Origin: Armatimonadota bacterium | GTDB taxonomy: Bacteria; Armatimonadota; HRBIN16 | NCBI GenBank assembly: GCA_963677485.1 | Contig: OY781964.1 | Coordinates: forward strand, 480,001-544,000 | Direction: 5' to 3' | DNA: 64,000 nt | Shown here: piece by piece, positions 36,905-45,335 of the stretch | Layout: every line of letters starts with the position of its first letter | How positions within the stretch are numbered: the first letter of the stretch is position 1 | Program-made: the position numbers and the translations under genes | Notes under the pieces: model-generated | Database searches by the model: none | Seen by the model: the letters and a program-made list of their open reading frames with translations, nothing else | What the model was told of the DNA's origin: nothing

Positions 36905-36924
36905 GGGCGGTTCGCGAACCGCCC
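36905..36924. repeat. REP-like perfect palindrome downstream of pyk
   Basis: GGGCGGTTCG|CGAACCGCCC. Confidence 0.6.
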
Positions 36925-36946
36925 CACCCAATGTCCACGCCGGGCA

Positions 36947-37311
36947 TTTGTCTGAACCACAGATTACACGGATTTATCGGATGACACGGTAGAGAGGGAG
37001 GCCAATCAGGCGATTGGCGTTCCCAGGGGTATCCCCTTCGTGCCTGCGCGTGAGACTCCCCTATTCGTGTCCATTCGTGTCCATTCGTGGTTAAAGTTCC
37101 GGGCTTTGCCTGAACCACGGATTACACGGATATGTCGGATGACAAGGATGGGAAAGCCCGCCCTTCTTCGCGCCTTCGCGTCTTCGCGTGAGACTTCCCT
37201 ATTCGTGTCTATTCGTGTCCATTCGTGGTTCAATTCCCAGACAGTTAAGATGAGTAAGACGAGTAGGACGTGGGGCCCACCTAATCTGCGTAATCTGTGC
37301 AATCTGTGGAT
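36947..37311. repeat. Composite modular repeat cluster, left (module order A-B-C-D-A-C-D-E-F)
   Basis: A=AACCACRGATTACACGGAT..GATGAC; B=GGGAGGCCAATCAGGCGATTGGCGTTCCC hairpin; C=(CTTCGCGY)n GTGAGAC; D=(ATTCGTGTCY)n GTGGTT; E=AAGATGAGYAAGACGAGTAGGACGTGG; F=AATCTGCGT.ATCTGTG.AATCTGTGGAT. All modules recur at 39027-39562. Confidence 0.9.
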
Positions 37312-37332
37312 GAACCCACTCCGCGTGAGGGT

Positions 37333-38682
37333 CTACCTCGCCGTGGCGGTGATACTCCGCAGCTCCGCTATCGGAACAAGCACCGGTTGTCGCAGTTTGC
37401 CTTTGCCGACAACCAACCCCACCACCTGGCCTTTGGTGTTGTATATCCAGCACATGCCTGTGTACCTGTCAGATGGTATACACCGGAATGGTGTGATCTG
37501 CGATACACGGGTGCGTGTAACATATGCTGCCCCATTTTCGTAGTAGTTACTACCTACTATATAAACGGGATCATGGATTTTGAGCCGTTGCGAAGCCGCA
37601 TTAGTGAGTCCCGGAGCACACAACTGCAGTTTTTGAACAGGCAGCCACAAATCCCCGCCTAACACAGGCTCACGACGCACATAACGCATCATGACCAGCT
37701 TGTTGTTCAACATGACATTGCGGTTCGGTATGCTGGAGAGCCCATCTTTCTTGCTGCGATTACATAAGGCCAACCCATCCGAACGGATGATCACCCCATA
37801 CAGAACACCAGGTTTCCCGGATTTATTAAGCATAGACGGTGGTAACTCTGCCAGCATGCGCTGATAAAGATTGCCAAGGGGTGTCTTTGGCTCTATAGCA
37901 CTGGAAACACGAATAGGTGTATTGGCCTCATTAAACTGCTTGAGGGGCTTGATGTTTCTGGACACAATGTGAGCGCTGCCTTTTTGATAACCGATAAATG
38001 ACCCGTCAGAGGGGCGGAAAAGCAGCATCTGGCCGGCACACATCGGGTAATCATATAAGCCGCATACAGTCATCGTCTGGTGCCTGCCATCCTCATCCGG
38101 CCAGACCGTGCCCGGTTCGTCGTTCATCCACTGCACTTTCCGCGCCTCATACAGTCGATACTGCCCAGCCAGTTGTGGTATAGCGAGTCGACGAATGTCC
38201 AGATACGGCTGCGGCGGGATGGTATCGACAGGCCGCAAGATCAGACTATCGCAGTCCTTGGATATGGCGGTCACCCAATAGGTGTAGTTGCTGCCATCCG
38301 CGGCGAGTAGGCTATAACGAGATCCAAGGATACGTTTATCAAGCTTCCGTGCGAATTTACGCATTGCCGCAGACCGATCTACACTGACAACATTCCGGAA
38401 GTTCCCCAAGAAGCTGTCATAACTCGATATCGCTGTTCCGTCAGCGGAGATAATGGTGACCATCTCGGTTGGTTGCGGTAGATTGCTCTTCATCACGCGA
38501 TCCAGCAACGACGGTATCCGCCTAATGGGGCGCACGCACTTCCTGCAGCTCCACTCCACGCGCTGAGACGCACTCAGTCCACTCGGCGGGGTGAGCTGTG
38601 GAGGGGTTGGCTTCTGGCAGCCCAACAGCATGACCAGGCCGATGATCACTAGTGGTATTCGAGCTGACAATGCTGGCATCAT
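37333..38682 (-). CDS. Lipoprotein with degenerate trypsin-like (HtrA-type) domain(s)
   Basis: Lipobox LLGC; 'GVIIRSDGLALCN', 'LKIHDPVYIVG', 'IYNTKGQVVGLV' resemble Trypsin_2, with the catalytic His/Ser motifs not conserved. Confidence 0.55.
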   Translation of the reverse strand: MMPALSARIPLVIIGLVMLLGCQKPTPPQLTPPSGLSASQRVEWSCRKCVRPIRRIPSLLDRVMKSNLPQPTEMVTIISADGTAISSYDSFLGNFRNVVSVDRSAAMRKFARKLDKRILGSRYSLLAADGSNYTYWVTAISKDCDSLILRPVDTIPPQPYLDIRRLAIPQLAGQYRLYEARKVQWMNDEPGTVWPDEDGRHQTMTVCGLYDYPMCAGQMLLFRPSDGSFIGYQKGSAHIVSRNIKPLKQFNEANTPIRVSSAIEPKTPLGNLYQRMLAELPPSMLNKSGKPGVLYGVIIRSDGLALCNRSKKDGLSSIPNRNVMLNNKLVMMRYVRREPVLGGDLWLPVQKLQLCAPGLTNAASQRLKIHDPVYIVGSNYYENGAAYVTRTRVSQITPFRCIPSDRYTGMCWIYNTKGQVVGLVVGKGKLRQPVLVPIAELRSITATAR

Positions 38683-38921
38683 TTCTTTTTGCGACGCTCA
38701 TTTTCAACGTCGGTGACAACTGCAATCATCGCTACAGCAAGCGTCACGATGCCTACAGATACTGGCCACCGTTGACCGACATGAAGTATCTCATACGCCA
38801 GAATGGCGAATCCAACAGCGAAAAGATGAAACCAACTTCTTTTTCCGTCCTGCCGGTATCTCCAACTTACGTAAGCGGCGGCCACGGTGGCAACTACCGC
38901 AGATATCGCATTCACGAGCAT
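38679..38921 (-). CDS. Small 80 aa membrane protein (about 3 TM helices)
   Basis: Start MLVNAIS with GAGGT RBS; hydrophobic segments and basic C-terminus; ATGA overlap with the lipoprotein gene. Confidence 0.6.
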   Translation of the reverse strand: MLVNAISAVVATVAAAYVSWRYRQDGKRSWFHLFAVGFAILAYEILHVGQRWPVSVGIVTLAVAMIAVVTDVENERRKKK

Positions 38922-38974
38922 ACAAATGACCTCATTTTTAGCAAAGACCTGAAAGAGTCGTTCATAACTGATGT

Positions 38975-39005
38975 ATTTTACATCCTTTTCAGCCGAGGTT
39001 GTCAA
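38975..39005 (-). promoter_or_regulatory. Possible sigma70 promoter for the two-gene cassette
   Basis: TTGACA-19 bp-TAAAAT on the minus strand; the spacing is longer than optimal. Confidence 0.3.
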
Positions 39006-39026
39006 GGTGCTAGACCAGCACGGTGC

Positions 39027-39562
39027 TTTGTCTGAACCACGGATTACACGGATGGAGAGGATGACACGGATGGAGAGGGAGGCCAATCAGGCGATTGGCG
39101 TTCCCAGGGGTATCCACTTCGCGCCTTCGCGTGAGACTTCCCTGTTCGTGCCCATCGTGTCGATTCGTGGTTCAATTTCCAAGACAGTTAGGATGAGCAA
39201 GACGAGTAGGACGTGGGGCCACCTAATCTGCGTCATCTGTGTAATCTGTGGATATACCCTCTCCCTCTTCGCTTCTTCGCGCCTTCGCGTGAGACTTACC
39301 TATTCGTGTCCATTCGTGGTTCAATTTCTCAGACCTTTATGATGAGCAAGACGAGTAGGACATGAAGCCCACCTAATCTGCGTCATCTGTGTAATCTGTG
39401 GATATACCCTCTCCCTCTTCGCGTCTTCGCGTCTTCGCGTGAGACTCCCCCATTAGTGTCTATTCGTGTCCATTCGTGGTTCAATTCCCAGACAGTTAAG
39501 ATGAGCAAGACGAGTAGGACGTGGGGCCCACCTAATCTGCGTCATCTGTGCAATCTGTGGAT
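39027..39562. repeat. Composite modular repeat cluster, right (A-B followed by three C-D-E-F units of ~150-160 bp)
   Basis: F modules end at 39253, 39403 and 39562; direct repeat of the left cluster. Confidence 0.9.
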
Positions 39563-39583
39563 TATAAAACCAACGGGCGCCTC

Positions 39584-40837
39584 TCACCCGCCCCGAAGCG
39601 TCTCGAACATCGCCAGGATGTTCTCCACCGGCGTGTTGGGCTGGATGTTGTGAATCGCCGCCGCCACCAGACCGCCATCTTGACCCAACACCCGCATCCG
39701 ATCGGCAACCTGCGTACGCACCTCATCCGGGGTGCCAAACGGCAGCGTATGCTGCGTATCAACGATGCCGCCCCAAAACACCAGCTTCTCACCCCACCGC
39801 TGCTTCAATGTCTCAGGCTCCATGCCTTTGGCTGAGCACTGAACGGGATTGAGTATGTCCACACCGGCTTCCACGAAGTCATCAAGGAAGGCCACCACGG
39901 AGCCGCAGGTGTGAAACAGCGTCTTCCAACTGGTTTGCTGATGCACCCAGTCGTTGATGCGCTTATGGTGCGGTTTAAAGAACTCGCGGTAGGTGTTGGG
40001 GTTGATGAACGGACCGTTCTGTGTTCCGAAGTCGGTGCCGGAAATGCCGATCACATCGATCTTGTCACCCACCGCTTTATATATGCGCTGAAGGTTTTGG
40101 ATCGCGATCTCGGTCTGCCGTTCGTAGATGCCGTGGATATACTCGGGGTAGAGCAGCGGCGCAGTGTACCACATCTCCACATCGCGGATGCCTTTCGGGT
40201 TCTTCATGCCCGGACCTGGCACCTTGGCGATGTCACCTAACCCTCCGCAACCTGACCAGTAGACGATCGCCAGCTCGGTGTTCGCATACAGATGATCGAT
40301 CTGCTGCTTCAGGAAATCCACTTCCTCATCGGTGTGGACGCTGGTGTAGCCATCGAGCCACTCATCGGGGTCAAGATGGTCCTCATCGATGGGATGCTGC
40401 CTGATGATGGCATCGAAATAGTATCCGGCGCGCGGCATCCGGGCAGACGGCGGCAGCGTGGTGTCGCCCTGCGGATGCATCAACAGGTCACCATTGGTGT
40501 CAGTTGTGATGTTGAACTGGCCGGGCACCAGCACTTCCGTGCCGTCAAACAGTTGCCAGGGTTTCCAGTTTTCGTTGCGAAACCCGAACATGGTGGTGGG
40601 TCCAAACACCGGCACGGTGTCGATACCCAGCAGCGTCCTGACCTCAGGCTCCACCTCGGCGAGAATCTGGTAGGGTTCGACCACCTTCACCCGCGCAGAC
40701 GGCAGGCCCAGCGCACTTCGCAGCTTCGCGTAGGTGCTGACTGCGATGCCGGTCACCGAGGTGCCCCCAAGGTCGACCGGTGTCTTGTCCGGTTTGCGGT
40801 GGTTGATGGCTGCCTGGATGCGTTCTCTGGAGGTCAT
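39584..40837 (-). CDS. Uroporphyrinogen decarboxylase-family (MtaA/CmuA-like methyltransferase) protein
   Basis: 'MTSRERIQAAINH..PD.TPVDLGG', 'GTDFGTQ', 'FHTCG', 'LVFWGG.VDTQ.TLPFGTPDEV', 'HNIQ..TPVENI'. Confidence 0.85.
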   Translation of the reverse strand: MTSRERIQAAINHRKPDKTPVDLGGTSVTGIAVSTYAKLRSALGLPSARVKVVEPYQILAEVEPEVRTLLGIDTVPVFGPTTMFGFRNENWKPWQLFDGTEVLVPGQFNITTDTNGDLLMHPQGDTTLPPSARMPRAGYYFDAIIRQHPIDEDHLDPDEWLDGYTSVHTDEEVDFLKQQIDHLYANTELAIVYWSGCGGLGDIAKVPGPGMKNPKGIRDVEMWYTAPLLYPEYIHGIYERQTEIAIQNLQRIYKAVGDKIDVIGISGTDFGTQNGPFINPNTYREFFKPHHKRINDWVHQQTSWKTLFHTCGSVVAFLDDFVEAGVDILNPVQCSAKGMEPETLKQRWGEKLVFWGGIVDTQHTLPFGTPDEVRTQVADRMRVLGQDGGLVAAAIHNIQPNTPVENILAMFETLRGG

Positions 40838-40897
40838 GTTGGTGCTCCCTATTATCACTATGCGGACGGATTTTTGGCGTGTATGTGTCTTGCTTGC

Positions 40898-41057
40898 CTA
40901 TGTCTGGGGCGGTCTGTCAGTACGCCAGCGGTGGCCACTGTCTATAGACCGCGCCGGTCTTGATCTCGAAAATGAACTAGTCAGGCTATCCGCCAGACCG
41001 GCGCGGTCTTGAGCCTTCTGTATCCGCTAGCGTCCTGCCAGACCGCCCCGGACATAG
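40898..41057. repeat. 160-bp imperfect inverted repeat (MITE/REPIN-like)
   Basis: Outer 34-bp arms with 4 mismatches; inner perfect 15-bp arms AGACCGCGCCGGTCT/AGACCGGCGCGGTCT. Confidence 0.75.
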
Positions 41058-41326
41058 CCAACGCTATATGCGGACGCCTATATGTCACCTCAAGCAACGC
41101 ATCCGTTGCAGTATGTGCTGCCTTACCAGCATGGGAGGATGCTTGTCTGGGTCTTCGATACCACCAACATGATACCCAGTTATTGAGCGAGAAGACAGGA
41201 ATCTGCGTGTGGATAAAAGCTGTCGGATTACCCTTGAGATTCAATCTGAAGTCTGGATATTGCGCAACATCGGTTCACACGATGATACCCTCGGAAACCC
41301 CTGACGCAGAGGCGGTTTGATACACC

Positions 41327-41721
41327 AGTCTATTACCCCAAATCGAACAATAGGCATATAGCCTCCGGTTCCGCGACATAAATGCCTCGGCTATTGACCG
41401 GCCTGCAGGGTTACGCCCTGATAGTTTGGTGGATGCAGACGGCTTTTAGGCGGCTTTTCGGATAATAAGCGTGTCCTTCAGGGCAGTCTATTACCCACAA
41501 ATATTACATGGCCAGTAGGTCACCGATTCCGCGACATAAATGTCTCGGCTATTGATCAGCAAGCCTGCTGAAGCAGTCTTCATTAACGTTATCTTTGTCG
41601 GCAAGGAGCTCCGCAGCCCGGTTTAGCGGGCTTGTTGATCAGTAGCCGAGACATTCATGTCGCGGCACATGGTCGATACGATCCCAATCTGGATTTGTGG
41701 GTAATAGACTGGCCTTCAGGA
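41327..41721. repeat. Three copies (two direct, one inverted) of an AGTCTATTACCC..AAAT / CCGCGACATAAATGTCTCGGCTA element; copies 2 and 3 form a ~240-bp hairpin
   Basis: Copies start at 41327 and 41485; the inverted copy ends ATTTGTGGGTAATAGACT at 41710. Confidence 0.8.
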
Positions 41722-41794
41722 CGCGGTGGTGAGTATATAATTCGTCGGTCATTGCCTTGGTTAATACACCCCTGCGTCAAAATACAACCCCGGG

Positions 41795-43717
41795 TTACCT
41801 CGTAGCCGCTCTAACCAAAAACTTCATAGCCGCCTCGGCGTTGACACCGGATGACCACATGTTCGCACGGATACTCGGACAGGTCGGCACGCCCTCATTA
41901 TCATAGTATTCATTCCAGCATCCTGCGGGGTCTATCGTGCCCATCATCGTGTGATAACAGGCCTCAGCAGCCTGATCATCCAACTCCGTAAGGCTCAGCA
42001 GCAGCAACCCGGTGTCGTAGCCCACAAACCCCTTACCGCCTGGCACGGTCGGTACCAGACCATTGGGCAGCTTGGCGGCTAATACACGATTGACCACCAC
42101 TTGCAGCTCATCACGGGTGATGATATCCGAACCCAGGTAATTCGGCAGCAAAGATACCGAGTGAACCTCAGTGCGTCCCTGTTTGTGAGCCGGCAATTCG
42201 CGTAACGTGGCCTGAGGGCTGATGTAGCGGCCGCTAGGTGTCCGTTCGGTCCACGAAAGCACGGGCACCGTGAGTGTTTCGCACACGCCATGCCGGAAAC
42301 GCGGTGCCGGCACCAGATCTTCGCGTAGCGGTTCATTCGCCCAGATGCGGTCTGTGGCTATAAAGTGTTCACGGTAAGCCGCACGGGCACGCTCTATATA
42401 CTGCCGATTCGTCTCAGCCTGTTGTTGGCTCCAGTAGCCATTGGTCTCCGCCCAGTTGACCAACCACTGCCCCGAGGTCTCAAATGCCATGGTGGTATCG
42501 GCCGACCCCTGGTTCAACCCCGAGCGCGGGAAGAATCCGCCTGCTACGTAGGTCTCATCACCGTTAAATGGCAGCATCCCGCCTGCCAGGTGCTTCAGTT
42601 GCACGTTGAAACACCATTCCAGCATCGGCCAGACGTCGCGCGCGATCTGGTCGCTGCCGACCTCAATCACGTAGTCACGCACTTGCAGAATAGTGTAAGC
42701 GGGACCCTCTACTTCGTCATTTTCGTGATTGTGACGGGCGCAGTTGGTTCCCATGGCCTCGGCGGTGAGTAGATTTCCAAAGTGCTGGTATTTATCATAC
42801 CGCCACCGAATCGCCCTTACGGCTTCTTCATACATCCCCAATGCCAGCATCCCGCGGGAGGCACCGTAGCCGTCGCGGATGTAGCCCATCTGAAGCACCG
42901 CACCCACGGTGCTGCCGCCCTCTTTGGAGGTCTGTGTGCGGATCATCACCGCGATACCATCCAGGTCCTCCCCAGCAGATCCGGTGATACACTGCAGCTC
43001 TGGCTTCGCCTGCAACCGACGTTGAGTGAACTGGTTCCAATAGTCACGGGTATAGGGCAGGAAGCTGACGGCACCAGCATCCTGCAGCCGCTCAGTATAG
43101 AGCACAGCGTTGGGGTATTCAGTGGCACCAACCATCGACATGCTGCCCTCTCCGGGCTGTAGTGAGACAACCATACTTCCATCGGGTCCAGCCTCTGCCG
43201 TGCAGGAGCCCTCAAATGTGATGATATAGTGGCTCCACAGCTCTGTGGGGTACTGCCCGCTGATCAACCCTCCGGGGCGTAGTATCAACTGCCACGAACC
43301 ACCCAGTGTGGGGCTGGGCTCAAACACACCGCTGCTCAGGGGACGGAAGACCCATCGGACGCCCTCATGTTCGCATTTAAAATGCCGGATGAAGGCTGAT
43401 ATCCCTGCCGCAGCATATTCGATGTATCGCATGGCCTCGACACCATTCAGGTTCAACTCATGGTGCCAGATGGCCGTATGCAGTTCGCGGCGTGCGGTGT
43501 CAATAACCAGACCATCGGCCTCCGTGTGGATGCTCATGGCGTTTGGCGCGCTGTATGGAGGCCCCCAAACCGTGGTGATATCTGCACCCTGAGCCATGAG
43601 CAGCATTTCGCCGTTGCCCATGCTGTGTACCGTGTCATGAAGTGGCAACGCACGCTGGTCGCTTCGCCAGGTTCGCGTTCTCTGGGTGAGGACTGGGGTA
43701 TGCTCAAACGGGTTCAT
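41795..43717 (-). CDS. Putative six-hairpin (alpha/alpha)6 glycosidase (GH15-like)
   Basis: 'GYIRDGYGASRGMLALG', 'NDEVEGPAY', 'GCWNEYY', 'NMWSSGVNAEA'; no signal peptide. Confidence 0.55.
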   Translation of the reverse strand: MNPFEHTPVLTQRTRTWRSDQRALPLHDTVHSMGNGEMLLMAQGADITTVWGPPYSAPNAMSIHTEADGLVIDTARRELHTAIWHHELNLNGVEAMRYIEYAAAGISAFIRHFKCEHEGVRWVFRPLSSGVFEPSPTLGGSWQLILRPGGLISGQYPTELWSHYIITFEGSCTAEAGPDGSMVVSLQPGEGSMSMVGATEYPNAVLYTERLQDAGAVSFLPYTRDYWNQFTQRRLQAKPELQCITGSAGEDLDGIAVMIRTQTSKEGGSTVGAVLQMGYIRDGYGASRGMLALGMYEEAVRAIRWRYDKYQHFGNLLTAEAMGTNCARHNHENDEVEGPAYTILQVRDYVIEVGSDQIARDVWPMLEWCFNVQLKHLAGGMLPFNGDETYVAGGFFPRSGLNQGSADTTMAFETSGQWLVNWAETNGYWSQQQAETNRQYIERARAAYREHFIATDRIWANEPLREDLVPAPRFRHGVCETLTVPVLSWTERTPSGRYISPQATLRELPAHKQGRTEVHSVSLLPNYLGSDIITRDELQVVVNRVLAAKLPNGLVPTVPGGKGFVGYDTGLLLLSLTELDDQAAEACYHTMMGTIDPAGCWNEYYDNEGVPTCPSIRANMWSSGVNAEAAMKFLVRAATR

Positions 43718-43780
43718 TGTCTGCTCCTAGTGGCTGGGTAACTATTACCATCATTAAAATTATACTTAGGACACAGATAC

Positions 43781-43804
43781 TGTATCGACCCGCGGGTCTA
43801 TACA
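43781..43804. promoter_or_regulatory. 24-bp near-perfect palindrome in a divergent promoter region, candidate operator
   Basis: TGTATCGACCCGCGGGTCTATACA (one mismatched pair). Confidence 0.4.
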
Positions 43805-43854
43805 AGCAGGATTCACCAACGTTTTGACACAATATAAGCTGGGGGAAAGTAGAT

Positions 43855-44601
43855 TTGATTTGGAGACTCATACATAGCCAGCCAGGCGGTGCCGCCTGGA
43901 ACATGGCACTCGACGAGGCGATTTTAGAATCTGTGATACGAGAGGACTCGATTCCTACTGTGCGCGTCTACAGTTGGGACCGTCCCTCAGTATCGCTGGG
44001 CAGGTTCCAACATGCTCACCGTGTGCTGAACGATGAGGTCATCCAACGGCACGATATCCCTGTGGTGAAGCGTCTCTCCGGTGGCAAAGCCGTGCTGCAC
44101 GGCCACGACATCACCATCTGCGTCTGTGCGTCCAGCAGCATCATGGGCGAGGCCCGCGGGGTTGTGGGCAGCCACCTTGCCATCACCAACGGATATGTAT
44201 CGGGGCTTGATCGGCTGGGCATGTCCACATTGGCCTCGCAGATTTCAGAGCGTCAAGAACTGGTAGGCCCCCACGCCAACTGCTTTGCAGCATCGGCAGC
44301 CGGCGATGTGACGACATCCGATGGCCTCAAACTGCTGGGTGGAGCCCAATACCGCCGGGGCGACTGCTTCATGGAACAGACGAGCGTACCCATCGCGCAG
44401 TGTGCTGACGCGCTGCGCGGCGTGTTGACGGACGGCATCGAGCTGCCGTTAACACCGTTATCCCAGTTCGGCATGGAGCAGATTGTGCAGTGCCTGCTTG
44501 ATGGTCTCGCCGAACAAATGCAGATAGAATGGCAGCCCTCGGAACCGACAGAGACCGAGTTGTCATTGGCAAGGCAGCTCAGTTTGGAATATGAACCTTA
44601 A
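43855..44601 (+). CDS. Lipoate-protein ligase A family protein (LipM/octanoyltransferase-like)
   Basis: 'WNMALDEAIL', 'PTVRVYSW..PSVSLGRFQ', 'VVKRLSGGKAVLH', 'KLLGGAQ'. Confidence 0.85.
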   Translation: MIWRLIHSQPGGAAWNMALDEAILESVIREDSIPTVRVYSWDRPSVSLGRFQHAHRVLNDEVIQRHDIPVVKRLSGGKAVLHGHDITICVCASSSIMGEARGVVGSHLAITNGYVSGLDRLGMSTLASQISERQELVGPHANCFAASAAGDVTTSDGLKLLGGAQYRRGDCFMEQTSVPIAQCADALRGVLTDGIELPLTPLSQFGMEQIVQCLLDGLAEQMQIEWQPSEPTETELSLARQLSLEYEP

Positions 44602-44670
44602 TATGTGGCGTGCGATTTACAGGTGATGCGAGTAAAATAGACTTGGAGTAATCTGAATCTGGAGGGAGAC

Positions 44671-44949
44671 ATGGCCTACGTCATTACCGAGCCGTGCCAA
44701 CACTCTAAAGACGGTTCCTGCCAGAAGGTCTGTCCCGTAAAATGCATCCATCCCGGTGTTTACACTGACGACGATGGTGTGACTTACGACCAGCTCTTCA
44801 TCCATCCCGATGACTGCATAGACTGTGGTCTGTGCGTAGACGAGTGCCCGGTAGGGGCTATCTTTGCCGACCGAAAAGTTCCTGCAAAATGGAAGAAATA
44901 CGAACGAATCAACCGAGATGCCTTTGAAAGCGGACAGGTTGAGGGGTAA
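44671..44949 (+). CDS. Ferredoxin, 7Fe (FdxA-like) type
   Basis: C-x7-C-x3-CP plus CxxCxxCxxxCP. Confidence 0.9.
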   Translation: MAYVITEPCQHSKDGSCQKVCPVKCIHPGVYTDDDGVTYDQLFIHPDDCIDCGLCVDECPVGAIFADRKVPAKWKKYERINRDAFESGQVEG

Positions 44950-45033
44950 TCAGATCAGAACCGATCGCTTCATCGCTCTAGAGCGATTTTGTGATACCAT
45001 AAACTAAAAAATTTCCGGAGGTCAGCGACACAA

Positions 45034-45264
45034 GTGGCTTACGTAATAACCGACGATTGCACCACATGCCTCTCCTGCGTGGATGTATGCCCCACCGAGA
45101 GCATTCATGAGTTTGATGGCGAGGCTCAGGTCTTCATCAACCCCGATACATGCACCGACTGTGGTGCCTGCGAAGCCGAGTGCCCATCAGGCGCGATATT
45201 TGCCGATTTCGATCTGGCTGAAGATAAGAAGCAGTTCATTCAGATAAACGCTAGCAAATACTAA
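45034..45264 (+). CDS. Ferredoxin, 2[4Fe-4S] type
   Basis: Two CxxCxxCxxxCP motifs; GGAGG RBS; GTG start. Confidence 0.9.
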   Translation: MAYVITDDCTTCLSCVDVCPTESIHEFDGEAQVFINPDTCTDCGACEAECPSGAIFADFDLAEDKKQFIQINASKY

Positions 45265-45284
45265 ACTGCTTCCTTTGCAATAAC

Positions 45285-45314
45285 ATCGCCCGGGCTCTTG
45301 CTCGGGCGATTTTC
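45285..45314 (+). terminator. Probable Rho-independent terminator after the ferredoxins
   Basis: ATCGCCCGGGC-TCTT-GCTCGGGCGAT followed by TTT. Confidence 0.6.
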
Positions 45315-45335
45315 ATTATATAGATGAGGTGACCG

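Noticed and set aside
36750-37662. ORFs across the repeat clusters (e.g. 37006-37302, 37040-37543; also 38971-39342 and 39456-39653)
   Set aside because: They are translations of the repeat modules (SIRVHSW, ICVICVICG, LRNLCNLW) with no RBS or domain; probably spurious. The 38679-39086 ORF start was likewise moved to 38921.
36947-39562. CRISPR array
   Set aside because: The units are 150-160 bp near-identical tandem blocks with no unique spacers, and there are no cas genes.
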